64,000 bases of DNA from Octopus vulgaris (taxonomy: Eukaryota). Shown in pieces: positions 1-14,087 of the stretch. Under the pieces are notes generated by a model. It did not search any database. It had not been told where the DNA came from and saw nothing but the letters and a program-made list of their open reading frames with translations. A program made the translations under genes and the position numbers. The stretch is from assembly GCA_951406725.2 (NCBI GenBank), contig OX597821.1, positions 103,850,001 to 103,914,000 of the forward strand, read 5' to 3'. Numbering within the stretch: the first letter of the stretch is position 1; each line of letters begins with the position of its first letter.

Positions 1-60
1 TTACCATTGGTATACTACGTGTCCATATTAGCACGAAGAGATACTTAACCTAAATCAGTT

Positions 61-345
61 ATCGGAATGTGTGAAGGTAGCATCAAAAGCCGATAATAGA
101 AACAGAAATATATCTGTCATGACATAAGCAGAAAGGAAACTGCCCAGCATTGTCAAATGTCATATGGAATGTTAAAGATCACACCATTCATAATTTCAAT
201 ACCATCGTCACTGTGCCACATGTCAGCAACAAGAACACTTGATGTTTCGACTTCTGTGTCCTCTCGAATGAAGGAACGATACTTTATCTCATTTGAAAAA
301 GATATTTTAACTGCAAAACCACAATGAATTTGTAAGCGTTGTTAA
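61..345 (+). pseudogene. Decayed PLE GIY-YIG endonuclease C-terminal fragment
   Basis: Manual translation across stops and frameshifts gives IGMCEGSIKSR..ALSNVIWNVKD..KERYFISFEKDIL..NEFVS, resembling the YIG.(C/T)E..FK.R..LS.HIW.LKD..E...I..N.RNE.IS pattern of PLE endonucleases. Confidence 0.45.
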
Positions 346-805
346 GAATATCCTTACCACTTCAATCGGTTTAATACCACCACCTGGCATTTTGAACGAC
401 TTTCGTGGAGTCCACTCTGTGCATGAATTAGGACCAGGTATCTGGTTTGAGAATACCTTAATTTCTCTCCACTCCGGTGCCGGAGGTTATGTAGAGAAGG
501 AAAGCATTCATAAGGAGTCCTTTTCCCCTCGAGTAAAAGGAAAACAATCGAACGTAAAATCGAAAATCTCAAAGTTTGCAGACCACTATGCAGCATAAAA
601 TTTAGCAATAGGTTGAGTTACTAACTTGATAACCTACCGAATTTAGAGATATGCCTACTACTAGAATTATTTGATCTGTATTTATTTCTAGATATCACTC
701 TTAACTTCTTGTCTAAGGACGATATTCATTATAGAGTACAGAATCAAAGCTTTTGCAATATTTTGGCAACATATTTACCTTATTCCTCAAGTTAGAACAG
801 AGGCA

Positions 806-1720
806 GCCTAGCATTGAAAGTAGAGGCCATCGTGTTGCACCGTCAAAACCCATTTTTCTTCTAGTTCTTTGATCCCACGTGGCGCAGAACTCCTTTATTG
901 AAGATCTCATTTGGGTTGATGAAGCCAGGCATTCGCAGGAAGTGAGCCAGGGATCGATACAAAAATTAATCCGAGGGTGCTAGGTCCGCACTACATGCTG
1001 TGTGCAGTATCAGTTCGTTTTCCTCAAGTTTCTGGAGTTTATTCTAGGTTGTTTGAGGTGTATGAGGTCTTGAGTTCTCTTGCTGCAGAAGTGTTCACTT
1101 TCTGTTAACCAATGCCGAGTATTTTTGCCGCAGAATAGCATACATCCGCTCTTGCTGTTCAGAGAAGAAGTTGATATCTATAGTTATTTTGTTTTGTCCC
1201 TTTTCGAGCCATGCCTGGCTCATAAGGGTCGGATTCCCTGTTTCTTAGCGTATAGGTTCTCCACCTGGACGGGACGCGTATCCGTCCCAGGTGAGCTGCA
1301 AGAGGAAAGAGTGAGGAAAAGTTGTGGCGAAAGAGTCAGCAGAAGTTTGCCAGTACCTTCTGCCGGAGCCGCGTGGAGAATAGGTGTTTTCGCTCATAAA
1401 CACACACATCACCCGGTCTCAGATTCGAACCCGCGATCCCTCGACCGCTGCTCTAACCACTAGGCCATGTGTCTCCACTATCTATGGTTCGACCGCTCGT
1501 TGTGTATTATCCCCTAATAATTCCATCAGGCACAGAACATCATCATGTCTTCGAAACGCACATATTTGGCGACAGGTCCTAGAAGCTGGCATTTGGTTAG
1601 CCACTGCTTATTCACGTTTACATGGCGAAAAAATATCTCCATCGGAAATAAGTTACCAAAATATTGCAAAACTTTTGTCTCAACGCAATAATTCACCCAC
1701 AAGATGGCCACGGTGTTGTG
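806..1720 (-). pseudogene. Mariner (DD34D) transposase pseudogene, interrupted by a SINE
   Basis: Minus strand reads EDMMMFCA*WNY*GIIH..[SINE]..EQQERMYAILRQKYSALVNRK*TLLQQENSRPH..LHTACSADLAPSD*FLYRSLAHFL..GIKELEEKWVLTVQHDGLYFQC*, matching mariner HDNARPH and YSPDLAPSD motifs. Confidence 0.85.
1186..1478 (-). mobile_element. tRNA-derived SINE (family C) with 11-bp TSD
   Basis: Head GTGGAGACACATGGCCTAGTGG (A box) and GGTTCGAATC (B box); flanking TATCTAT(A/G)GTT at 1175-1185 and 1479-1489. Confidence 0.85.
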
Positions 1721-2355
1721 ACAGATGGAAGTGACAAAATGAAGCAGCCTGCCTGCGTTACATTATCGCTTAAATACGAAACATGAAGGGAATTTCAGTA
1801 TCATTATTTAGCGCTTCATCATTAGATGATAGGGAAATTAATTTCCCCTAATGTTCACTCCACATTCACGAACTAAATCAATATATAAATCAATCTTTAT
1901 TCTGATTAAGAGTAAAAGCACGGCCAAGGGCACAGTCAAGTCTACTTTTCGACAATCGAATCTTACTGGTTCTCCTTACATTACACGTTCCTTTCCACAT
2001 TACGATATTATCATTTCCACTATCATTACACGTCATAAGCGACGAATAGGCAGAGCTCTTAAGGTATTGGAGAAACTATTACACGGGATTATCTTTCTTT
2101 CTTTCTTTTTTCTGTCTTTTATTCATTTGACTCTCTCTCTCTGTTTAACGATCCAGTCAGTCTTTTAGCATTTGAGGCTCTACAGCAAAAAAAAAAAAAA
2201 AAAAAATGTTCCAACACAGACCAGTGAATTACCGGAAATGTTAGACGGCTGAACAAGATGCCTTGCCGTATCTGATCCAGCTCATTGCGCTTTGAAAGCA
2301 ATACCCACAAGGATGTTACTACCAAAATGTTTCACCCCAGGAGCATGGTGAAACC

Positions 2356-2356
<1 letters not shown>

Positions 2357-2429
<73 letters not shown>

Positions 2430-2434
2430 CTCCC

Positions 2435-2525
<91 letters not shown>

Positions 2526-2590
2526 GTATCTGTGTGTTTATGTGCGTGTGTATGTGTATGGCGTATGTGTGTGCACATGTGTGTATGTGA
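2357..2590. repeat. Compound microsatellite (TATC)n-(CT)n-(TA)n-(TG)n; representative of dozens in the window
   Basis: Directly visible. Confidence 0.95.
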
Positions 2591-5569
2591 ATGCGTTTAT
2601 GAAGTAGCGCTACTGTTCGTCCCTCTCAAACTGACTGGCTTTTCTTCTATTTATTCTATCGAATATAATTTATATGTTACATCCTTACATTCCGCTTCAC
2701 TAAAGTTGTTCCTCATCAGAGAATCTTCCATACAACGGCTTTACTATAACCAAAAGGATGCTACTATCAAAATGTGTTTTCCCCCCTTGGAAATGGTACG
2801 CAGAAAAAGCAAATGAAAAAAAAAATGAAACAAATAATAATAAATAAATACAAAAAAAAATGAGAAAGAAAAACAGAAGAAACAAGAAAAAATCGAATAC
2901 TGTACCATTATAGTTTCTATGTAACAATAAAGCACTCCAACTCTACCTATTCTTAGTCGTGGTTGTAAGACTGGTAAATCTAGTGGTGTTTTTAAGAACA
3001 TCTTAAGGCAGCTTTCAGTATTCTTGTCACAACAATTTTCTTTAGCTTCCGATAAATTAATTTATATTTTGTAGTTTTTGTATGCGAATCGTCTTCAACA
3101 GAAAACGAGTACTATGATACTTAAATTCTTCAGTTTGGTTCTTCAATAACAGTCTTTCTACTTATATTCTATTCTGCTATCTAGTATTAAACATTATTTA
3201 ATTGTATCCTATTCTGTTGGCCTTTATGTATGTATCTAACTCTAGCTTGCGAACTCTATACATTTGTGCTCACATTGAAAGGCATTGTGGAGTTTAGAAC
3301 TAGATTGATAACGTGCCAATTTCATAAAGGAAATAATAAACAAAACAACAATGCAAAAAGCCAATAGAAAGACGTGTACTACACAATACATACGCATGCG
3401 CAGATACATTCGCGCGGAGAAACATTATTCGTTATTTTATCGTACTTATCTAAAAGACAGTAGAAATCTTAACAATACTGACATAGGATGTGAGTGGTCA
3501 TGTGCGTGTATACATTAGGAACGAACGTTCGTGGTGCGTGCGTGTGGGAGAGAGAGAGAGAGCGAGAAAGAGTGAGAGAGAGAGAGCGGAAAGAGAAGGA
3601 GGGAATGAGATAATAATATTATCAAGTCAATGGTAGCTGCCAAAATTATTTTTAAATCTCACACCCTGAATTTGACAGGCAAGGCAAGACAGATTTACTC
3701 TCTCTCTTTAAAACATGGCGTGTAAATGAATAAGAGTGGAATCGGGCCGACCGGTTTCTGCAGCAATAGAAATACGACGGCAGACATATTGGAAATTTGA
3801 CAAATGTAGCAGAAAACAAAAAATATTAATAGATTGTAAGTTCGCACGCCACATGGCCATCTTGTAACGAAGACACGTAGGATTATTTTAAATTTGAACT
3901 CTTCCACACGTATGTTAAGTCTCCTATATAGTATTATAATAGGTTTGTCTGAGTTAACGTATTCGAAACATCGAACTATTAGAAACCTAAATGAAAAATA
4001 TATGGTGTGGAAGCAAAAACATTAGACAATGTGTAGTATTTTAAATTTTCGAGCAAATAAGGGAGATAACTTCTCACAAGTTTCTGTCCTATTTCGATCA
4101 CATTAGTAAAGTATAAAATTCGTTGTATTTATCGATGTAATAGCAATGAGTCACTATGTACTAGTACAGGATGTATTTTTGTTGATGTATGTTAACAGTA
4201 TTGTTTAGGAATAAAATATTCCAAAAACTTCATCAGCATTAAATATATGTAAATTATCGTCAAAATAATTAATAGATCAATAATCATTAATCAAACAAGA
4301 AAATTATGCTTTGAAGAAAAAGATCATTTTACAAGATGACAAAAATCATTTTAGTCGAATGATGTTTACTTTAACTTTTGATATATGCCAGCAACACCAA
4401 GATGGAAAATCTTACAAAATTTCGCAATAGAGCAATGACAATTAAAACTGTTATTCACTACTTGCAAAAAAATAATGATCAATAAATAAATAAAATCAAT
4501 AACAACTTCAACTTTATCCGGAAAAATCAGCCCCTGGTTATTTGGTATCTCATTTAATGAAACCTCTTTTAGTTATGCAGCAAATATTGAAACTAAGTGT
4601 CTATCAGGGAACGGCTTTAATGTAAAGATACCCCAGTAACAAAAATAATAATACCAGTTGACTAGGAATCAGAAATACTTAAATAAATATAATCCGCTTA
4701 CTATATTTAGAGAGCATTTAGCTATAACATCACTTTTCCGAGTGTTTAGCAAACTTATCAATTGAAAAGTTCTATGTTACCGGAATTCTGCCTTACTATA
4801 CAGCCATACAATTGCACGCTCCTTATTTGTAGATTTTTAAGAGTTCCAATTGTGTATTATTTTGAAAGGATAGAATAAATGTACAAATAATTAGAAATTT
4901 TATTTGCTTAAAGACCAATCCACTGAAAATGCGATATAACCAACATATTTTTAAAATGGAGTGTGCTACAAGAAGTACACAAAATTGAGAAACGACCTAA
5001 ATGTGATTGGCGTTAAGGATAATCGCAATACATTAGGAAGAAAAAAATACATTAGGCGAAAACAAAACAAAAAAACTAGAAAAAACATAAAATCAAGTAT
5101 AATCATGCTATTGGCCCATGTGAATAATTTCATGTAGCTAATTATATATTTAATTTATGCAAATTATAGCGATCACAAATTATTTTTTACTCGTTATCTA
5201 TATGCAAAATTTGTCAACTCACTGGTACACGTAGACTATTGTAAGCTGATGAAGCTTAATAAAGTGAAACATGTCTACAGTTGTCTCTTAAACCAATATC
5301 ACACTATTTCGCCTTTAAAACAGATAATAATGGAGAAATTGGATCTTAATCTTTTCTTTAAATATCTATCACTTTTGCAACTTATTTCATCTATTTATAA
5401 TTGTTTTTACATAGGACATCCATTATTCCACTTCTTAACTCTACACTGTTTCCGATAGCTTTAAATATAGACTCTAGTTTGTCAACAAATATTTAAACCT
5501 TGAAAGATGAGGACCAATGTTGTCATGAATTTTAAAACTTTGACACAATCCTACTCCATCCGTTTATAC

Positions 5570-5785
5570 GCGGCGATCTGGCAGAATCGTTTGCACGCCG
5601 GGCAAAATGCGTAGAACCATTTCGTTAATCTTCACGCTCTGAGTCCAAATTCTGCCGAGATCGTCTTTGTCTTTCATCATTCCGATATCGTTAAAATAAT
5701 GTGCCATATGAGCACTGGGGTCGTCGTAATGGACTTACCCGTTCCTCTAGATTACTGGCCTTGTGCCAATATTTGAAATCAATAT
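5570..5785 (+). mobile_element. SINE family A (Nin/Deu-domain-like core), diverged copy
   Basis: Aligns by eye to the well-preserved copy at 38164-38395 (GGCGAGCTGGCAGAA..CTTTCATC..GGGGTCG). Confidence 0.8.
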
Positions 5786-6223
5786 TACTCTATCCACCTA
5801 TTTTCGCCAACCAATATTCCCGGGTGGGTCACCAGAGTAGCGCCCTCAGGCACCTCCTGCACAGTGTCCTATGAGAACAACCACCATTACACTTCTCGGT
5901 TGAATAACTAGACGCAACCTACTGAAAATATGGATATTATCCAGCCATCTCATTGCTACCCATAGATCTCTTACTACTAAGCTTGGCTTGAAGAAACCCT
6001 CCTGCAACCCTTTTCTGTGACGTTGTAATCATATGTCTGCAGTATGAAATCTGTAACCTGTCAATGTGTGGAAATAGCGACTCGATCTAGAGAACTCCCT
6101 GATCTTCGAGCTACGTACCTTGTCGGCAACCATCAGACCATAGATCCTCTGGAGATAACTATTTCGGCCATAATTCTGCGATTTATATATGCTACTTAAA
6201 AATCTGTGAATTCAGTCTTAATT

Positions 6224-6952
6224 AATTCCTTTCCTACTACCGTAAGAATCTCCCAGACAGTAACACAATTTTTTTTACGTAGGCAAAGAGAAAAATAATG
6301 AATCAACACGACCCCGATTAGCCACAGACGCGTTTCGAGACTAAAGTGTTTATTCTAATCAATTAGTGTAGCATTTCCAAAAGAAAATTTGAAAATGCTA
6401 GGGTTAAATATGCACATAATCGAGCGACATTGTGCAACAGATATCCAACCAAAACATGCAAAATTTACATAGCCGAATGTGAATACATATTTATCCCTTA
6501 TACCCATGTGTATGTTACGAGCAGTACCGCAAAAAACTATAAATGTTATCTTAATGTAATTATCTACTTGGTAAAATTATTAATTAATTGATTGATTAAT
6601 TAATTAATTTTACCCTTTTATTATTAATCTGAAATTATAATTTACTCTGCGATCGAATACTGATGATGAAAAGTAAGTCAATAAAAACTTTAATCTCCTA
6701 CGTAAAAAAGTGTCTGGGAGATTCTTACGGTAGTAGGAAAGGAATTTTTAACTCCTATTTCTAATTTCGGTATGTGGTGAAGCAATTAGCTGAACCCTAA
6801 TTATAATTATGTATATAATTATAAAATATTTGTATAATTTTACCTATAAAGGCTATTTTAACGTACCGATCTACTTGGGGAAAATTATTAACTAATTGAT
6901 TGATTAATTAATTAATTTACTTCATTAATTTTACCCCTTTATTATTACTTTG

Positions 6953-6957
<5 letters not shown>
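6224..6957. mobile_element. PLE-like fold-back insertion with 3' tail ending in (TA)n
   Basis: Perfect 36-bp inverted repeat 6224-6259/6711-6746; hammerhead 3' half GTCTC-GAAACGCGTC-TGTGG on the minus strand at 6321-6342; tail segment duplicated at about 6562-6640 and 6869-6958. Confidence 0.6.
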
Positions 6958-7006
<49 letters not shown>

Positions 7007-7611
7007 CTATAAACATTTATGGCTGATTTAGCGAAATGTTAAGGCGTAAATCAAAGGCGTAAATCAAATAGAAACAGCAAGGCGCAATATAATCCCATAA
7101 AGGAAAACTTTTATCGTCGCAAATTATAACTGAGTGTACCGAATCACCAGTATTGCAAGAAAGAAGCGTTAGACATTCTTAATGTTGTAAGAAGCGTGCA
7201 ATACGCGCGCGCACACACACGCAGTTTAATGTACAGTATATTAAAATAATAGCTAGTAATAGTTTCTTGACAAAAAGATAGTGGTTCTGCAGATTTTTAT
7301 AACGTACCTAACCATGTGGTTCTATGGCAAGAATCTGTAAGAAACCCTACCTTTAATACACTGCACATTAAACAATCTACATTTCTCACTAGATGGAGCA
7401 TTTTTTTGCTCATCCTACCTTAGCAAATCATGGTCTCTTGTTCGTTTTTCGCTTTTTCCAAGCCGCTTCCCGCCGCCGGCTCTATCAAGGGGGTATGATA
7501 TTATCGTTAAAGTCGGAAAATTGGTGAGAACCTGTGGCCTAAAACCGGTGAGGTTTTGCCGACCTTCTGTGTCAGTTTTCCGTTTGTTTATGCCTATATA
7601 TATATATATAT

Positions 7612-7843
7612 AATACGGAGTGCATTTAAACACATTAAAAGGTGTTCATCATAGAACTCCCTTACCCTAGAAGAAACAGCTAAAGTCCTTCTAGCGTAAG
7701 GGAGTCCTATGATGGATACCTCTTAATGTGTTTAAATGTACACTGTATTTTATATGAATAATATATAGTCTATTGACTAATTTTTTCTATACGCTAGGCC
7801 ACTAGTAGTAAAAGTTTGTAAAATCTCTATTACCCTGATATTA

Positions 7844-7848
<5 letters not shown>
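7612..7848. mobile_element. Fold-back mini-element between (TA)n tracts
   Basis: Imperfect 62-bp arms 7612-7673/7688-7749 plus ~100-nt tail; tail shares GCTAG(G/A)CCACT with elements at 37741, 49127 and 60075. Confidence 0.7.
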
Positions 7849-7890
<42 letters not shown>

Positions 7891-7964
7891 TATAATGCCT
7901 TTTCTGACTGATATATTTATATGTACATACATACATATATCGTATGTGTATCTGGTTTGCATAC

Positions 7965-8665
7965 ATATATGGTGATTGCTTCATCTTAACACAGGATAGC
8001 TATCCAATCAACGCACACACCAACTCCATCACACAGCCACAATACTTGAGATGACTTTTATGACCAGCAGCTGACTGACGGTTTAAAATATAAGTGACAG
8101 ATATTATTCAAGTTTCTTCTATATTTTTGCCCTTTGGAATCTGATTCTGAAGGAATGTCTTTGTGAACTAGCATATGTCTTTTAAGACCAGATATTGTCT
8201 TACAAGTTTTGTGACATATGACACAAGAGGCGGTTGGGGGTACAATATTATTTCCTACTTGGACATTTCAATTTTCATGTGACTTCATGATTCATGTATC
8301 CTGCTTTTAACAACAGAACACGATCGCACACAATACATATGCAATATTCACTGTTGATTTCATTTCAAATCGTACCCTTCCGACAGACCCTTTTACGCTC
8401 AGAGCGCTGAAGCATCTTTTCCTCTCATCAGTTTCCCGATCACGCCTGGTTTCTTGAGGTTATTCCTTCACACACACTTTCTTTGGATTATGTTGTGGTC
8501 GCTTACCCGAGTTAATCTCACCATAAAAAAGACGCTTTGGCAATCGCTCATCTTTCATTCTAATAACATGTCCAGCCCATCTCATTTAAACCAAGACAAC
8601 ATGCTATTCATTTGCATACAACGTACATTGCTCAAAACTACTGTATCTGGTATGGGACATTGTTA
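7965..8665 (-). mobile_element. RTE-clade LINE 3' fragment with tandem C2H2 zinc fingers
   Basis: Minus strand [35 protein letters not shown], followed by CIVCDRVLLLKAGYMNH, CVICHKTCKTISGLKRHMLVH and a third degenerate finger. Confidence 0.8.
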
Positions 8666-8714
8666 CTTGACTTACGAGATGCGTCATATATACATACATA
8701 TATATACATACATA

Positions 8715-8815
<101 letters not shown>

Positions 8816-8819
8816 GTGA

Positions 8820-9015
8820 CCGCGTGTGTATCGTTGGCGATTTTTTTCCTCCATCCTCCCTTCCTTGGATCTTTCCTTTTCCTATTTTTCTGACGAAGAG
8901 CTCCGCTCGAAACTTTAAATCCGCCTTCTTTCTTTCCTTTCCTGACCGTCCAATATACTTGTTCCACGTCCTCGCGTTGTTGTCTTTACTCTTTGTGTTT
9001 TCATGTGTGGATTAA

Positions 9016-9016
<1 letters not shown>
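8820..9016 (+). mobile_element. ~200-bp non-coding element with minimal hammerhead; second copy at 35930-36130
   Basis: TTT-CTGACGA-A-GAGC-TCC-GCTC-GAAAC at 8887-8919; closely similar to the 35930-36130 copy; microsatellite flanks. Confidence 0.75.
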
Positions 9017-9099
<83 letters not shown>

Positions 9100-9126
9100 A
9101 TATATATATATATATACATATATACG

Positions 9127-9232
<106 letters not shown>

Positions 9233-9834
9233 GTGTGTCTGTATATGTGTAGTCTATTTGTAAACATATATATTCTCATAGCACTTAGCTCTATTGCAGC
9301 TATTTAAATAATCTACGCTGCGACGAATTTCTTAAATTATTAAATAATGTTTTTTAAAAGCAACATTAAAGTGAATTAACAAATATAAATAACGATTGCT
9401 ACTTAATTTTTTTCTTACTTTACTTTATTTTATATTTTTTTCGGTGAAAGTGCATCAATACAGCAAATATTTATCTTATTTAGTTTTATTTTGCTGAAAA
9501 CAAAGCAAAGCACATATATTTGAATAATTATAGATTGTATAATCATGCCGAATTGTAATTTATATCCTGTTGAAATAATAAATTATAATAGTTATAGAAA
9601 AATTTACACCGTTTTGATTGTTTATGAATCAATTAAAAGCGATTATCAAATTTGAAGAAATTGAAATGGAGACTCATTGCATCTGAAAGATTTCATTTAC
9701 TATTGTAATTATTGTTGTTTTTCATATTTTTCTTTTTGTTGTTGTTGTTGCTGTTATTATTGCTATTATCATCATTATCATCATCATTATCATCATCATA
9801 ATCATCATTATTAGTATTATTATTGTTGTTATTA

Positions 9835-9883
<49 letters not shown>

Positions 9884-10439
9884 TCTTGTTGTTGTTATTG
9901 TTGTTGTTATTGTGGTTTGTAAATGTTTATTTCTTTTTCATGTTTCTTTACAACACAGAGGACAAAGTAATTGGAATTTCAGAAAAGAAAAGTGAATAGA
10001 ATAAAAATCACAAATGAAATAAATCAATAAAAAAAAAAAAATAATATAATTTCTTACAAAACTGAAAAATCTCGACAAAATATTTCATACTTTTCGTAAC
10101 AACTAGATGATGCCAGAATTAAACTTCCAAACCAAATAAAAACGAAATTCTAATGAATTTATTTTAACTTGTCGTATAAACAATGTTAGCATTTGTTTCC
10201 GAAAGTCAAAACTAAAACAAATAAATAAATAAATAAATTATAACAACAACAAAAACCTTTACAAAATAAATAATGAAACAATTGTATCTTGATTAACAGA
10301 AGATTATATAATGTTTCACAGATTTATAAAAGTCAGGTTTTCTGAAATGTGGGCGACAAAATCGTTATAGTTTTCGCAAGTTGAAGCTCAAGTTTCAAAT
10401 CCAGCTGAGGCTGATATTTAATTTATTCTTTCCGGAGAC

Positions 10440-10752
10440 TTATCTAGACGTAGATGGTCCTGAATCGAGTGACATATGAGACAATCAAATCACTTCAACA
10501 GCATCAGTCTCCGGCCAACATCAAAACATCGTTCCAGTGTAGGTTTACCAATGTAGGTTTATCGATCTTCTTGTGCCAGTTCATCTTGTGATGTCTCCTA
10601 CGCCGTTGCAGCTGTGCGTTCCACTAAAGGCCTTAGTTGGCGAGTTTGTTCGTCGTGAGGTTCACTTTTTCGAACCGTGGTGCTGATAAGTTGTTCCATT
10701 TGATGCCTTGTATTTTCCGAAGCTATCTGCTCCTAAAGGCAACTTATTTTCT
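10440..10752 (-). pseudogene. Old RTE-like LINE remnant; a related ~120-bp piece recurs at 11390-11510
   Basis: LRKIQGIKWNN-like translation; diverged direct repeat 10634-10752 vs 11390-11510. Confidence 0.4.
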
Positions 10753-11091
10753 TTTCTCTATATATATGTCAACAACATTCGTGTATAAGAATAATAAATT
10801 TCTACTTTACAAAAGTAGCGAGCAACCCACCATTTTATTCCTTCTGGAATAATAACAATGCTTTCTTCGAAACATATGTCGGAAGTATAAAGATTTGCAT
10901 AACACCAGCGTGTAACTCCATTTCTTTATTTATCCGTTATACAAAAACATTTCACCAAACCCTGGAATTTCTACCTTTATAAGTAGGCTGTAACATCCTT
11001 GGTACTTATGTGAATTTTTTGCTACCCTGGTAACTATTTATGTATTTTTCCCGTGTTATTTGTACATATTGAAAAAATGCTCATACAATTA

Positions 11092-11172
<81 letters not shown>

Positions 11173-11175
11173 GTA

Positions 11176-11250
<75 letters not shown>

Positions 11251-11679
11251 TTATCCATCAATCTCTCTCTCTCTCTCTGTATATATATATATATATATGA
11301 CTACATGCATACAAAAATTCATACATCTTATATCATATGTGTATGCATGTCTGCATGAATGTATATGTGTAATAATCAATCACTCTGAGTTAGTTGGCGA
11401 GTTTCTTCGTCCTGAGGTTCAATTCTGTGAACATTGTTGCTGATAAAGTCGTTGCATTTGATGCCTAGTATTTTTCCGGAGCTATCCGCTCCGAATGACG
11501 TCTACTTTCTTTTCTTGACTGGTTTATCAGGCGTCAAGTTCTAAATTGAGGGGCGATAGATTAGTAACTGGTAAATAATGTATGTAACTGTTATTAGTTT
11601 TGAATATTTTTACAAGCAGTTTTAATGTGAAGCCTTGTGTTGAAACAGATTTTGTTGTATATTAAGGACAATTAAGAAG

Positions 11680-12115
11680 AATCGTTCGCGCGTCGAACAA
11701 AATACTTAGCGGCATTCTTCCGGCTTTTTACATCTGAATTAAAATACCGCTAAGGACAACTTTACCTTTTAATACCCGGGGTCGATAAAATAATGTACCA
11801 GTCAGATACTGGAGTAGGAAGCTTCGATGAAACATACCTCTCAAATATAATCGCATTGCACCAACATTGGAACCTGTTACAAATAGGGATCTAGTTAAGC
11901 TAATGAGCTGCCAGAATCGGTAACAGGTCGGGGAGAAGCTTATCGGTATTTTGTCCTCCTTTACATTTTGAGTTCATATTCCACCGGAGTTAACTTTAAA
12001 TTTCATCTTTTCGGGAACGACAAAATAAGTACCAGTTAAGCATTGGGGTCGATGTTATCGACCAATCCCCCTGTCCTGAAATTTCTGGCCTTGTGCTTAT
12101 AGTAGAAAAGTATAA
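11680..12115 (+). mobile_element. Two tandem diverged family A SINEs
   Basis: GGGGTCGATAAAATAATGTACCAG and CATCTTTTCGGGAACGACAAAATAAGTACCAGTT cores. Confidence 0.7.
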
Positions 12116-12847
12116 TAAAGGAATTAGGTAACCATTTAACTAACTAATCGATTCTTTGAGTATTTGGCCAATCAATCTATCAATTATTCAATCAATCAAT
12201 CAACTATGTGCGTTAGAATCTTCTCGTTACCACTCCCGACCTCACCAGTGATATGCCCCCCTTATTTCAGGTCTGTCAGTCGACTGTAAATTAGTTCAAT
12301 ATCTAAATAGTTGACTAAATATGATAAAAGAAGTGAAATTGTCACAACAAATTCGCTCGATATTTTTGATTTATTTTATATTTTTTTCAATGTTATTTGA
12401 ATTAATACAAAAATATTTTTATCGTAATGTTTTATAGATTTTTTGTAGCACCGTTCATTCGTCTACAACTTTTGTTTATCGTTTTTGAAATTTCGATATA
12501 TTTTATCTCTTTTCAGATATATAAACTTGGAAGGACAAAGACGAAGAAACCGAATGAATTTATTTAACAACCCAGTAGCTCCACCGTTGGAATATATATA
12601 TAAAAAAAAATATGTCACATTTTAAGCTAGAGTAAAGTCTTACAAGTTATTACTGTTCCAATAACAGATTGTAATGTGTGAGTTTTCACAGCATCGGAAT
12701 ATATCTCGGTTTAGATGTTAAAATTCACGTAAAATGAGAGCAATATATAATCTTCTGAGATAGCTTACTGGAGCAGTAGTGCTGTTTTCGTCGGTGTTGT
12801 TGTCATTTTAATTATACCCATGACATTGTTCTTATTTCTTTATTTCT

Positions 12848-13002
12848 TATTTATTATTTCTTTATTGCCCACAAAGGGCTAAACGCAGAGGGGACAAACA
12901 AGGACAAACAAAGGAATTAAGTCGATTACCTCGACCCCAGTGCGTAACTGGTACTTAATTTATCGACTCCGAAAGGACGAAAGACAAAGTCGATCTGGGC
13001 GG
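12848..13002 (-). mobile_element. Family A SINE, 5'-truncated
   Basis: Reverse complement matches the 3' half of 38164-38395, including the (AATAAAGA)n-like tail. Confidence 0.85.
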
Positions 13003-13245
13003 ATGACATTGTTAGTGAAATTCCATGTGGTGTAAGGTATATATTTTTAAAATACGGTCTGCATCATGCTACGTTGGTAAGTAAAAGATTTTTTGCTCAT
13101 TTTTAATTGGAGATAAACTGGTTACTGATTTAACCTGGAGGAAGCGGCATAAATATAGAAGAAAGCGTTCAAAAAGAACATGTATACGCTCCACCATACC
13201 TACACGTTTGATGTTGATGGTGCTATGTATGTATATATGTATGTA

Positions 13246-13340
13246 TGCCATTATTCAGTGTATTTCAAGATATCTTGCCAATACAGAAAGAGCCGGTTTC
13301 AAATCTAGATCCAAGTTACTTTCATTGGAATTTCAACATC
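13246..13340 (-). mobile_element. 3' end of the R4/Dong-like LINE, embedded in TATG repeats
   Basis: Reverse complement of 16921-17017; TATG/TACA repeats on both sides. Confidence 0.7.
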
Positions 13341-13599
13341 GGCATGTATATATGTATGCATATATGTATGTATTTATGTATGTGAAAAGGCGGAGGAGCT
13401 TATGAACAGCCAATGGCCATCCAACAATATGTGTACATAGGTATGTATGCATGTATGTATGCGTGGGGACCTGGAAATAACTGGGTTGGTGTCCAGACGC
13501 GCGTTTGAAGCACAAGGATTGGGAGGCCCCTGTGTGGTTGTCACAACATCTCTCTTGGAAAGGAAAACTTTGGAAGAAAACCTGCGACACTGACAATAT

Positions 13600-13825
13600 T
13601 CAATGATGTAGACTAGCTCTTCTTTTCGAGTTTATGATGTCCATGTTCAAAGAATGGAATTGGATTTGTGAAAATTCTTTCTCCACAATAAAAAAAAATC
13701 ATCATGCACAAGCATCGCTTGGAAATGGTAAGACCTATCACAAAATGGCTGGTCGTAGCCTCTGCAAATGTGTGTTTCGATCAGGCAATGGTAATACTCG
13801 AACACGAGTTTGCAGCCATCATGTA
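13600..13825 (+). repeat. Unclassified dispersed repeat; second copy at 17105-17310 (minus)
   Basis: Both copies encode ..VRPI..M..RSL..C..FDQAM.ILEH.FA.IM and end in TATG repeats. Confidence 0.6.
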
Positions 13826-14087
13826 AGTGAGTATGTATGTATTATGTTTCTATGTATGTATGTATTATGTTTATATGTATGTATGTTTGTTTGTATGTAT
13901 GTATATATATATGTATGTTTGTATGTATGTATTTTTGTATGAATGTATGTATGTTTGTATGTATGTATGTATGTATGTATGTACTTATGTTTGTATATAT
14001 ATAAAGGCATGTATGTATGCTTGTATTTTTGTATGTATGTATACATGTATGTATGTATTTATGTATTTATGTATGTATATCTTCTTT

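Noticed and set aside
7511-7563. Possible decayed hammerhead (GTCGGAAAA..AAACCGGT..TTTTGCCGAC)
   Set aside because: Core nucleotides are too degenerate to support the call.
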